Positions 30,655 through 40,724 of a stretch of DNA of 64,000 nt are shown one piece after another. The notes beneath the pieces were generated by a model, which saw only the letters and a list, made by a program, of their open reading frames with translations, did no database searches and had not been told where the DNA came from. Position numbers and translations under genes: made by a program. The stretch spans positions 64,001 through 128,000 of the IMG/VR virus record IMGVR_UViG_3300031555_003522. The stretch is one strand, 5' to 3'. How positions within the stretch are numbered: position 1 is the first letter of the stretch; each line of letters starts with the position of its first letter. The stretch is from a virus. Its lineage: Duplodnaviria > Caudoviricetes.

Positions 30655-30942
30655 ATGAAAAAATTCTTTTATAGAATCACATTTTATACAAATGATATGA
30701 TGACAGAAAAGGTTATGAGTTATATTTACAAAAAACCTTTTAAGGTAAATATTGCAGATGGTGGTAATATTTACTGGAATCAATTCTATGAAGATTTATA
30801 TACTACATCTGTTAAAGACCTTAATAAGTATCATAATCCTGGTAGATTACTATTTCCTACAAGAATTGATAGGGTAAGCTTATGGGTTCTTATTAAATCT
30901 ATTTTTAATAAGAAGTGTAAGTTAATTTCTCCGTCAATCTGA
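30655..30942 (+). CDS. Hypothetical protein
   Basis: SD gaggt. Confidence 0.6.
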   Translation: MKKFFYRITFYTNDMMTEKVMSYIYKKPFKVNIADGGNIYWNQFYEDLYTTSVKDLNKYHNPGRLLFPTRIDRVSLWVLIKSIFNKKCKLISPSI

Positions 30943-31004
30943 TAAATATAGACTACTATTTATGCACAAAACATAAATAGTAACAGCTATCAATATATTT
31001 AAGA

Positions 31005-34000
31005 ATGGTGGCGAGATTCTTGAACTTAGAAAGAAGAGCAAAATATTCAGGTCAAGGATCTTCGGTTGTTAAATCAAATAAACGACTTGATATAAACCTT
31101 GATCTGCATACGTTAGAAATAATGTGTAAATGTCTGGTTACAGATAGCCAGAATATAAGACGTGGACAATTAATTAATTTAAGAAATTTAATTTATCTGA
31201 TAAATCCAGATAATTATATAAATGATGCCGAAAAGAATAAAAGAATCGATTTTATTAAGAAAGGTCTCGAGGGGCGACTCGAGTTCAATCTTACAGATCC
31301 CTTTATGATATTGTCTCATATAAATGGAGGCATACTGGATACAGATATAGTAAATCTAGAAGAATTTGCTGGACTTACTGGAGCTGAAATAAACTGGATG
31401 AATAATATGGTTTCGGAAGCTCTTAAGTTTTCTCATGTTTATTCTAGCGTAGATATGCTATTAGATATCTGTACCAGAATAAAGACATCTGATTATGGAA
31501 CAAAAGCTGCTATAGTTGCTGAATTTGAGCAAGCAATAAATGCTATTCAGAATAATTTTAGAAGATGTAGAAACCAGAATCAGACTCAAGAAATGTTCAG
31601 TTTACGTGATGGGTATTTTGAGAATGTGATGTATGACACATACTCAGCTCTTAGTAGTCCTAGACGTAAGCTTATGACTGGTATGCAAGGTATGAATGAA
31701 CTTCTCGGTGGTGGATATGAGAATGGACGTTGTTATGTCTATTTCGGTCTGCCTGGTGTAACCTAACGGTAATCACAGCTTGTATAGTAATATGCAAGTT
31801 CCCCGGGTTAACTGCTGGCAATCCCTAAAGCCTTAAGCACTACAACGTGATCTGAAAAGATGAGCGTGAATGTTACGAAAGTAGAAAAAAGCTTAAGGAT
31901 GGACTATGGTTAAATCCTAAGGTCTAACTCGACAAATGGGTCTTCAGCAGCCAATCACTTGTAAAATAGTGAAGGTTCAACGACTATCCCCTGGCAGGGG
32001 AGTAAAACCGCAAGCTAATGGCGGAAGAAAAATCCGGCTCCTTTATAAAGTCACCCATTTATAAAGGATGAATATATAGTCTATACACTATTGAAAAATA
32101 GTGGTACCCTATGGTGACAGAAGGTACTCTTATAAAGTTGCGTTTATAAGAAACTATCAATATCTAACGTAATTTAATCAATATATTCTCTCTAACCTTT
32201 CATTAATTCTATATGATGAAAGGAGGTGTAAAACAGATGGCTCAAAAATGTAAAGCCAATTCTGATAATTTGCGCGGTCATAAAGTTAGAATATATCCTA
32301 CTGAAGAGCAAAAGGATAAAATACTATCTTTTATAGATTCATATAGAGCTATTTATAATATAGCTATTGGGTCTCAGATAGATTATTATCGTTCTGGCGG
32401 AATATTTATTACATTTAATCAAATGTGTAAGAAATTTGCCGATATGAGAAATAATAATGAGAATTTCAAATGGCTAAATAATATGTCTATAGGAATTATA
32501 AGAGAAGCTTTAATAGATGCTGATGTAGCATTTACAAAATTCTTTGCTAAGATTAATAGATTTCCTAAATTTAAGTCTAAGAAAAGATCTAAAAAATCAT
32601 TTGGAACTAGATCCGATAGGTGTCATATCGATGGAAGAAATATTTATATATCAGGAGTAGGTTTGGTTGATGCTAAAGATCATCATATTCCAGAAGGGGT
32701 TAGAATGTATAAAACCAGAATAACTTACGACGGATATGATAAATTTTGGTTTTCATGTACAACCGAAAAAGATATGGAATTTCTTCCTATTGAAGGATTA
32801 GGTAAGCCTATAGGTGTTGATGTGGGTATAAGACACATGATAACAACATCGGATGGCGAAGTTTATGAACTATCAAATTTTTCGAAATTAAACAAAAGAC
32901 TTAAACAAAAAACGCGAAGAGCTATGCGCTCTATGAGGAAATATATAAATCAATCAAAACGTACGAAAATCAAGTATGAGGATATACCAAAATCTAAGAA
33001 TCACTATAAACGAATGAAAGAATGGGTTAAGATTAGTAATCGTATAGAGAATAAAAAATCTTATGATACTAATGTGGCTACTAGACGTATAATAGATAAA
33101 CATCCTTCTGCTATTGTAATAGAGGATTTGTGTTTATCTAAAATGCGAAAAAGAAATTGGATGAAGAAATTCGTACCACAAATAGTATTTAGAGATATAC
33201 ACAGACAATTGGAATATAAGGCTGCTGAATTAGGTATACCTGTAATAAAAGCAGATCGATTATACCCATCATCACAATTGTGTAGTAATTGCGGTTCAAT
33301 ACGTAAACTTAATTCTTCCGTTTATAAATGTAAAGTTTGTGGATTACGGATAGATCGTGATCTGAATGCTGCTATAAATCTTAGAAATTTGGCATATAAA
33401 AATGCATATGTTTAGTTTGCATATTACCACTTTCGGTGGATAGTGATATAATGTAAAAAGAATATATGTACCGTGCACTATACACGGGAGTTAAAGCCTT
33501 TGGAGAGCCTCGTACCACGAAATTTATCTAAATTTTGTGGCCGACATGTACTCGCGATATATGTTGGAGGGGTTCTGTGAATTAGGAAATCATACTTAAC
33601 ACGTACAATAATTACGTTAGAAGTTGATATATAGAAGGCAAGTCGAGCACAATGATGAATATCTTATATCAGTTAAAGAAGTATAATCGTGACTATAAAA
33701 CAAAAGACCCGACGAAGAGACCATGTATCGTATTATTGACAATGGAGAATACAGTTATAGAGTCTATTGATCGACTCTTTAATATGGCTACAGGTCATAA
33801 GAGGATGACGGATTACTCTCCTGAGGGAGCAATGAGAATGTTCAGAGAAGAGGGTGAGCTATATCTAACGGATGAATCTCCGATAGATATCATCATCAAA
33901 TTTGAACCTTCTAATTCTGTGGACACAAGTTATCTATATACTCTTACCGAAGATCTTGAAGATCAAGGTATGGAAGTAATAGCACTATTCCAGGATTATA

Positions 34001-34632
34001 TTGGCCGTATTCGTTCAACTGAACGGCTCCAAGAAACTCGTTTGGAATATGGTGCAATTGTTGATGAGTTTAAAACATTTGCTGAGATTAAAGATATTCC
34101 TGTAATAACTGCTGCTCAGCTAAACAGAGATGCTTCTAAGCATATAGATGAAGGTCGTAAAGCCAGTAAGTCCGATCTTGTTAGACTTATTGGTAGATCT
34201 AATATTAGTGAGTCTATGTTGATCCTGAACAATATCGATGCAGGATTCCTGATAGCTCCAGAAACTACTCAAACAAATGAAAGATATCTTGGTGTACAAA
34301 GAATAAAAATTAGATATGATGCTGGAGATAGAGAATTTGTATACTTGCCATTTGTCGGCGATACACTAAAGCTAGAGGAAGATTTTGGAAGGGTTGCCGT
34401 ATTTAAGACAACTATGAAAAATGATCCCTTTGGTGGACAAATTGGCACAAATAAATCTCAGTATCAAACTAATACAATTATGGATCTTGGCCAGGTTATG
34501 AGATCTTCCGGAAATGAGAATAATATGTTCTCGGCCAAGGTCATGAGTGGATCTATGGATACTTTAGCAAATAAAAGTTCCATGGTATTCACAGAACTTG
34601 TTGAACCAATTATATTCGATGATGTTGTATAA
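31005..34632 (+). CDS. dnaB: DnaB-like replicative helicase, spliced (exon1 31005-31758, exon2 33635-34632; about 583 aa)
   Basis: Joining the exons restores Walker A GLPG-EGKS; downstream LTMEN, QDYIG and AAQLNR DnaB motifs. Confidence 0.9.
32237..33415 (+). CDS. tnpB: TnpB RNA-guided endonuclease (IS200/IS605/IS607 OrfB)
   Basis: RIYPTEEQ HTH, FPKFKSK, GVDVGI, IEDL, SSQLCSNCG..CKVCG, DRDLNAAINL; RuvC D-E-D triad intact. Confidence 0.95.
   Translation: MAQKCKANSDNLRGHKVRIYPTEEQKDKILSFIDSYRAIYNIAIGSQIDYYRSGGIFITFNQMCKKFADMRNNNENFKWLNNMSIGIIREALIDADVAFTKFFAKINRFPKFKSKKRSKKSFGTRSDRCHIDGRNIYISGVGLVDAKDHHIPEGVRMYKTRITYDGYDKFWFSCTTEKDMEFLPIEGLGKPIGVDVGIRHMITTSDGEVYELSNFSKLNKRLKQKTRRAMRSMRKYINQSKRTKIKYEDIPKSKNHYKRMKEWVKISNRIENKKSYDTNVATRRIIDKHPSAIVIEDLCLSKMRKRNWMKKFVPQIVFRDIHRQLEYKAAELGIPVIKADRLYPSSQLCSNCGSIRKLNSSVYKCKVCGLRIDRDLNAAINLRNLAYKNAYV
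33416..33634 (+). ncRNA. Putative omegaRNA scaffold downstream of tnpB
   Basis: Stacked hairpins and the TGTACCG..CGGGAGTTAAAGCCTTTGGAG...GTGAATTAGGAA pattern typical of tnpB right ends. Confidence 0.65.
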
Positions 34633-34678
34633 ATAAAATAGGCTAGAGGTTGAATCCTCTAGCCTATTTATTTTTTTT

Positions 34679-35095
34679 TTAATCTTTTTTATCATTATAA
34701 AATGATATAGCTTTAGCTTCAGAATTATATATATGGCTTATTAAAGATGACATATGATCTTTTCTAAGCATTTTAAGTCTCGGCTTAGTAAACTCTTTTA
34801 CATCTGCCATATCATTTAAGAGAAGTATTATAAAGTATAGTTCCGGATTACCATAGATATCATAGCATAAGACTTTAGGCTTATAGAAATATGCCCACTG
34901 TTGTGCCTCAGTAAGTTCAACGGTAACACAAGCATTTTTAAGCTCAGCTAAATAATCATTTACAACATTCAATACGGTAACCCAAGTTCCATTACTTATT
35001 TTATCTACAAAAGATAGATCCATATAATCTATACTAACGCTTTTACCAGATTCGATAAATTCCTCTATAGTCGTTGTTTCTTGAGGTAAAGACAT
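34679..35095 (-). CDS. Baseplate wedge protein (LysM-like, T4 gp53-type)
   Basis: YKPKVLCYDIYGNPELYFIILLLN pattern. Confidence 0.65.
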   Translation of the reverse strand: MSLPQETTTIEEFIESGKSVSIDYMDLSFVDKISNGTWVTVLNVVNDYLAELKNACVTVELTEAQQWAYFYKPKVLCYDIYGNPELYFIILLLNDMADVKEFTKPRLKMLRKDHMSSLISHIYNSEAKAISFYNDKKD

Positions 35096-35231
35096 CTCAA
35101 AGGCCTCGCTTCCTATAATTATTAATCCTATGGGGAACTATTATTTAATTAATAGTTCGGGCTTACTCAATTATATTACAGTTCTTGGGTGTTGTAGCCC
35201 AAGAACTAATTTTATTTAGAGGTATTAAACT

Positions 35232-35699
35232 ATGAATGACTTTGATAAGGAAATCAATCTCAAAATCATGCAGGAACTGGGTTTAGAGCCCAATAGACAC
35301 AGACAATTAATAGATCAAGATTCTGGAATGGCTATTGCTATTAATGGCATGCCAGTAATGGCTCCTGGTTATTATGGTGGTCGCAACTCTATTGAATTTG
35401 ATCCGTATAATAATAAAAAGATGATGAATCAGTTATTCGGTCTTTTCTTAGAAAAATATGCCGATGAAAATGGCGTAAATGTATCTGCTTTCTATAATAT
35501 CGATGGGAAAGATAATTCTGGTCGAGTAGAATGTAAGTTTAGTGATAATCAGACAGTTACATCTGAAAGCTATTCTAGGGATACTTTAAAGTATGTAGAT
35601 ATAGTTATGCAACTTAATGGAGATAGCAGATGTAGCGAAGATCTTCGTAAATATGATATTGTAGAAAAGAAGCAAGCGGTTAGAGCAAAAAGGGGTTAA
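35232..35699 (+). CDS. Hypothetical protein
   Basis: SD gaggt. Confidence 0.65.
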   Translation: MNDFDKEINLKIMQELGLEPNRHRQLIDQDSGMAIAINGMPVMAPGYYGGRNSIEFDPYNNKKMMNQLFGLFLEKYADENGVNVSAFYNIDGKDNSGRVECKFSDNQTVTSESYSRDTLKYVDIVMQLNGDSRCSEDLRKYDIVEKKQAVRAKRG

Positions 35700-35702
35700 G
35701 CT

Positions 35703-36911
35703 ATGGGAAATATAGTACTAACCCCAAAGCAGCAATCTATCGTAGATGCTGCTGTAAAATGGTATTATAATTCATCTGAACAGATATTCCAATTTGCCGG
35801 TAATCCTGGTACTGGTAAGTCTGTTGTTATGGATGCAATTATAAAAGCTATCGGAATAGAGCCTATGGCTGTAGCTCCTATGGCATATGTAGGAGCTGCA
35901 TCAATAAATATGAGACTAAAGGGTTTGACAAATGCTAAAACAATTCATTCCTGGATTTATGAAATCGTAGAAGTTCCTGTTAGGGATGAATTAGGACGCA
36001 TTAAGATGAATGAATACTTTAATCGTCCGGAGTTTGTATATAAATATAGACTTAAAGATTTATCTCATATAGATCTTATAGCAATAGATGAGGGTGGAAC
36101 GGTTCCACTTAAAATGAGAAATGATATTTTAAGTCTTGGTAAAAAGGTTCTTGTTGCTGGGGATCTTGATCAATTACCTCCAGTTGTTGATCAACCAGCA
36201 TTTTTGGTGGATGGAGAGATTCACGTATTAGATGAAATCCTTAGGCAGGCTGCAAATTCAGCAATTATATATTTATGCCAAAGGGCTAAGAAAGGACTTC
36301 CTATCCATACTGGAATGTATGGTAATGAAGTTATGGTTATGGAAGAAAAAGATTTCCTTCCTATAGCCCCTCAAATGTTGCTTGCTGCTGGGGTTGTATT
36401 ATGCGCAAAAAATGAAACTAGAGCCAAATATACAGATCTTATTCGTCATGATGTTCTTCATAAGCACAGTATTCTACCAGATCAAGGTGAGAAATTGATC
36501 TGCAAAATGAATGACTGGAGAATGGAAAGTGGCGGAATTAATCTAACAAATGGTCTTACAGGTCGTGTTATAAATCAGCCGGATGTTTCTACATTCGATG
36601 GAAAATGCTTTAGAATTGATTTTATGCCAGATCTAGGCAATGCGCCATTTATGGAACTTCCTGTTGACTATGAATATTTCTCTGCAGATCCTCAAATGAA
36701 GAAGGATATGAAGAATTTTAATTTCCGTAATGGAGAAGCTTTCGAATATGGATACGTTCAAACTGTTCATACTGCTCAAGGATCTCAGTGGACTAATGGT
36801 ATTTATTTTGAAGAATGGCTTCCTCAAAATAATAATCAGCTTCATTATACAGCCTTAAGTAGATTCAGGAGTAAATGTATCTATATTAAGAAAAATAGAA
36901 AGTATTGGTAG
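35703..36911 (+). CDS. SF1B helicase (RecD/Dda-like)
   Basis: GNPGTGKS, TIHS, IDEG, GDLDQLPPV, RQ, TVHTAQGSQW, YTALSR. Confidence 0.9.
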   Translation: MGNIVLTPKQQSIVDAAVKWYYNSSEQIFQFAGNPGTGKSVVMDAIIKAIGIEPMAVAPMAYVGAASINMRLKGLTNAKTIHSWIYEIVEVPVRDELGRIKMNEYFNRPEFVYKYRLKDLSHIDLIAIDEGGTVPLKMRNDILSLGKKVLVAGDLDQLPPVVDQPAFLVDGEIHVLDEILRQAANSAIIYLCQRAKKGLPIHTGMYGNEVMVMEEKDFLPIAPQMLLAAGVVLCAKNETRAKYTDLIRHDVLHKHSILPDQGEKLICKMNDWRMESGGINLTNGLTGRVINQPDVSTFDGKCFRIDFMPDLGNAPFMELPVDYEYFSADPQMKKDMKNFNFRNGEAFEYGYVQTVHTAQGSQWTNGIYFEEWLPQNNNQLHYTALSRFRSKCIYIKKNRKYW

Positions 36912-36921
36912 GTGGATTTAT

Positions 36922-37509
36922 ATGTCTAATGAAGATAAAAAGCTAGTACAACCTATTATATTTAATGATGAGAATACTAGCAAACAAGACGAAAATGCTA
37001 AACTTATAAGACCAATAATTTTCGATGCCCCGACTAAGGACGTTGAAGAAAAGACGTATATCATTCTATACAATATAGATCCAGAAGATGATATGGATGA
37101 AATATATAGTAGAATTTTCTCTGTATGTATAGGAAGAACAGATGCATATTTCGATATTAAAGAAAAATTAACCTCTGGACTTGGCGTGAATATTTACACA
37201 TCTAAAGTTATTACAGAGACTAAGCAGACTGAAACAGAGAGTGGGGATACGAAGTATTATCTTCTTCCTTATGATGAATGTGTGAATATTTATGCATTCT
37301 GTACTGGTATCCAATCATTTTATGGAGAAGATGGTTTTGATATAAATGATTATGTCAATAATGGTTCTCCCGATGATAAGGATGATATGGAGAATAATAC
37401 ATTCTTTCTAACTCCAGAGCAGAAGGCTTATAGAGCTATGATAGATGAAGCTATGAATATGCGAAGAAGTACTAATAACCCGCAGTCTAATGACAATCCT
37501 ACTGTATAA
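36922..37509 (+). CDS. Acidic hypothetical protein with two N-terminal PIIF motifs
   Basis: LVQPIIFND and LIRPIIFD. Confidence 0.7.
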   Translation: MSNEDKKLVQPIIFNDENTSKQDENAKLIRPIIFDAPTKDVEEKTYIILYNIDPEDDMDEIYSRIFSVCIGRTDAYFDIKEKLTSGLGVNIYTSKVITETKQTETESGDTKYYLLPYDECVNIYAFCTGIQSFYGEDGFDINDYVNNGSPDDKDDMENNTFFLTPEQKAYRAMIDEAMNMRRSTNNPQSNDNPTV

Positions 37510-37598
37510 AAATAATATAAGATTTGATCATATATTATTTATATGAAAACTATTAAAGTTTATTATGAATATCAAATACACATAAGGAGAATCAAATT

Positions 37599-38012
37599 AT
37601 GGGAAACAATAATAACAAAAATAAAAAACGTAGTATGCCTAAGAATCCTGATCCATTGTCCAATGCTAAGGTAATGGGCAGAGAGGGCATGAAAATGATT
37701 CGTAATATCGCATTTGGTAATTTCAACTTTTATAACGAGGGACATGTGTTCCGTAATCCTGATTTTGTCAGAAATATCATAATTGAAGTGGATAAGAGAA
37801 TTCTTGATGCTAGTATTCATCTTACTGCTTTAAATTATGCGTATCCTGGAACAAATGAGCCGAGTGTACTTGGTTTGATCCATAGAGATACGAAGACTTA
37901 TGAAGGATACATGCTTGTACGACAGGTTCTTGAAGGTATTCTGAAGACTGGAGACACACGTCTTCTTTATACACTCATGACCAAATTGCCTGAGTATAAG
38001 TACAATATGTAA
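37599..38012 (+). CDS. Hypothetical early protein
   Basis: Early promoter 37531-37546, SD aaggag. Confidence 0.7.
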   Translation: MGNNNNKNKKRSMPKNPDPLSNAKVMGREGMKMIRNIAFGNFNFYNEGHVFRNPDFVRNIIIEVDKRILDASIHLTALNYAYPGTNEPSVLGLIHRDTKTYEGYMLVRQVLEGILKTGDTRLLYTLMTKLPEYKYNM

Positions 38013-38100
38013 CATTTTAATAAGAGCAATGGACATAGGGCTTGGCTCTATGTCCATATTTCTTTATTATAATTATCTTTTTTTATAAGGAGGAAAAATA

Positions 38101-39438
38101 ATGGATGCTAAACAGATCCAACTGTTAAAGGAAACACATATGCAGGAAGTAGAAAAGGAAGATGGTACTAAAACTACTCTTGGTGCATATATGCGTTTCT
38201 GCTTAGATGGCGGTATTGATTTTGTAACATCTAAAGATCTCGTTGTCTTTGATGATGCAAATAATATGCTGCATTGTGTTGCTGTTAATGAAGATGGTAA
38301 ATCTCAGTGCAATTATCCTGTTAAGGTTATTAGCACAGACTATGGTATCGTACAGCAGGTAGAATCTATCTATAGTCAGAAGGACTTCGAAAAGGCTTTG
38401 AATAGTGGATTCCTGAAGGATGTTGTAAGTGAAGAAAAGCGCAATGCTATGTTGGCTTGGTCTCGCAATATTCGTAATCAGGCCATTCAGCCCAGTCGTC
38501 CTACTCCCTACTATACCATCGACCCCACTATTATACCTATGGGTAATACATCTATGCCTCGTGTAGATGGACTTACTGGTACGACTGGTAATTCTGCTCC
38601 TGTAATTCGTTCTGCATCTTCTGCCGCAGAATTGACCAAACTGATGAGTAGCGGTTCTTTGAAATCTGGAGATAGCATTGTTGTTGATGCAGATGTTGTC
38701 TTTGATGAAGATTTCACATTCAAGGGTGATGGTATTACCCTACGTTCCAATGGTGCCACTTTCAATGGTGTATTGACTGCTGAAGGTAAGGATATCAACA
38801 TTACTGGATTTAACTTCGCATGTACAAATGATGAAACAGATGCATATGCGGCAAAGGGCACAGCAATGGTTAAGATCGATGGTACTGCTACTATTACTGG
38901 TTGTACTTTTAAGCCCACTGGTAAGTACTATAATGCTATCAATGCTAATGGTAATCTGACTCTGGAGTCTAATAACTTTGAAGCTTGTGAAGATAACGTA
39001 TACAATCTGATCGAGTTCTCTCAGAGGGAGGACCAGAAGATTGCTAATGTAGAAATCTCTTACAATACGTTTGCTAAGGGTGCTTCTAAAAATAATACAA
39101 TTAGCATGTTCCAGTTCGAGGATGGTGCAACAATCAATATCCTCAATAACATTTGGGATTATGCTGCTAATGCTATTCGTATCAGTAATTATAGTAAGGC
39201 TATTGGTGTCATTATCAACTGCGTGGATAATGAATACAAGGAAACTTCTGAAGATGAATATGCTGGATTCTTGCTTGCTCAAGGTACCGAACAGAATAAG
39301 GATATGTCCGGTATTACGGTTAATCTTATCCGTCTGGTTGGCCCCAATGGTAATACTGTTACCAAAAATGGTACTGGTAATGATCAGGTCTGGTATACCT
39401 ATGGTACAGAGGTTGACCCTGTCGTTAAGTTCCATTAA
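38101..39438 (+). CDS. Protein with C-terminal right-handed beta-helix (pectin-lyase-like)
   Basis: Repeating I.GC.F / L.SNNF / I.YNTF strands; late promoter 38011-38022. Confidence 0.65.
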   Translation: MDAKQIQLLKETHMQEVEKEDGTKTTLGAYMRFCLDGGIDFVTSKDLVVFDDANNMLHCVAVNEDGKSQCNYPVKVISTDYGIVQQVESIYSQKDFEKALNSGFLKDVVSEEKRNAMLAWSRNIRNQAIQPSRPTPYYTIDPTIIPMGNTSMPRVDGLTGTTGNSAPVIRSASSAAELTKLMSSGSLKSGDSIVVDADVVFDEDFTFKGDGITLRSNGATFNGVLTAEGKDINITGFNFACTNDETDAYAAKGTAMVKIDGTATITGCTFKPTGKYYNAINANGNLTLESNNFEACEDNVYNLIEFSQREDQKIANVEISYNTFAKGASKNNTISMFQFEDGATINILNNIWDYAANAIRISNYSKAIGVIINCVDNEYKETSEDEYAGFLLAQGTEQNKDMSGITVNLIRLVGPNGNTVTKNGTGNDQVWYTYGTEVDPVVKFH

Positions 39439-39709
39439 TACTTTACTAGAAAATGAACTAACTAATACATGTAGGGGTTTATGCCCCTACATGTATATAC
39501 TATTTTGCCAATCTATTTATTGTTATATTTTACTAGACTAAACGCAAAAATAACGATATAATATATTGGTGACCTCAGTATAAAGGGCGGATGTTTTCAT
39601 CCACCTTTTCATTATTAAATTATATCCCTAGCAACAAATTTATAATGGAAAAGTGATGTTTATATCTGATCCAAAATAAAATTCAAAATCATTATTAGGA
39701 GGAACAAAC

Positions 39710-40576
39710 ATGAACAACGCACAGTTTTATCCCAACAACGCCTACGCAAATCCTTATGGCGTCAACTACGCTGTCCCCGCTAAGCCCCAGGCGAAGAATG
39801 GCCAGCCTCTGACTCAGGAAGAGATCAATCACCTGAGATCTATGTCTGGTGCTGAAACTCTTGATATCAAGATCAGCACTGATGACGTTCTGATCGCTAA
39901 GTGTACTCACCGTGAGAAGAATGGCACAGATTCCCTGGTTAACCTTGGTGGTGACCGTTGGCGCTGCACGATTTGTGGCCAGGAGTTCAACATGTTCAAT
40001 GGAACCGTCGAAGAAGTCACTAATGCTGTTGGTACCATTATTGATATCCTGCAGACTTCTAAGTCCATCTATCGTGATGCTCCGGATAGCTTGACCGGCC
40101 AGTATTATCAGCTGATTCCTCTGCTGAAGAAGCTGCCCAACGTCTTCCAGGCATCTCTGAACAATTTCTCCAAGTATGAAAATTGGCAGCAGGCTCCCGA
40201 ATTCACTGCTAATGGCTACTATCCCGGCTTTACCGCTATGCATAATCTGTTGACCGGTCAGTTCATGCCCGGCATGGCTCCTGGCTATGGCTATCAGCAG
40301 CCCGCATACGGTTATCAGCAGCCCATGATGCAGCCCATGCAGGGTGGTTATGCACCTAACCCTGTTGTGACTCCTCAGCCCACTGCTGGTTATTATCAGC
40401 AGCCTGTGATGCAGCAGTACGATCCCAGCGGTAATCCTCTGGCTTACGGTGCTCCTGTTGCTCCTGCACCCGTAGCTCCCGCTCCTGGTGCAATTCCCGC
40501 TGCTCCCGTAGCAGCACCTGCAGCTGCTCCCGCTGCTCAGTCTGAGGTTCAGCAGACAGCTGTCTTCAATGTGTAA
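39710..40576 (+). CDS. Zn-binding protein with Q/Y/P/A-rich disordered C-terminus, probably highly expressed
   Basis: CTH...CTIC; strong C-ending codon bias; early (39557) and late (39633) promoters. Confidence 0.8.
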   Translation: MNNAQFYPNNAYANPYGVNYAVPAKPQAKNGQPLTQEEINHLRSMSGAETLDIKISTDDVLIAKCTHREKNGTDSLVNLGGDRWRCTICGQEFNMFNGTVEEVTNAVGTIIDILQTSKSIYRDAPDSLTGQYYQLIPLLKKLPNVFQASLNNFSKYENWQQAPEFTANGYYPGFTAMHNLLTGQFMPGMAPGYGYQQPAYGYQQPMMQPMQGGYAPNPVVTPQPTAGYYQQPVMQQYDPSGNPLAYGAPVAPAPVAPAPGAIPAAPVAAPAAAPAAQSEVQQTAVFNV

Positions 40577-40724
40577 GATTTAGCTAAATCCTATACAATG
40601 AAATAATACCTAAAGAGGGTAGAAGAGAAATCTTCTACCCTCTTTCTCTTTCATATGTATATTTCATTTTTCCTTTTATTTGTATATTATTAATATGACG
40701 AAAATAAAGGAAGGAGATAACTCC

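Larger units (their letters stand above)
31759..33634 (+). mobile_element. Group I intron carrying tnpB and an omegaRNA-like end (IStron-like, no TnpA); boundaries +/-1 nt
   Basis: Core motifs AACTGCTGG, CAGCAGCC, GGTTCAACGACTA and TATAGTCT (31810-32081); interrupts dnaB in frame. Confidence 0.85.

Noticed and set aside
32237-33415. Cas12f/CRISPR effector
   Set aside because: Typical TnpB with element-end RNA and no adjacent array
31005-34632. dnaB and gyrB as broken pseudogenes or intein hosts
   Set aside because: Group I cores and in-frame exon joins explain the breaks; stop codons exclude inteins
38511-40243. Long antisense ORFs (38740-39435, 39695-40243; also 13647-14228 and 59241-59765)
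   Set aside because: Shadows of codon-biased sense genes, with no SD or promoter
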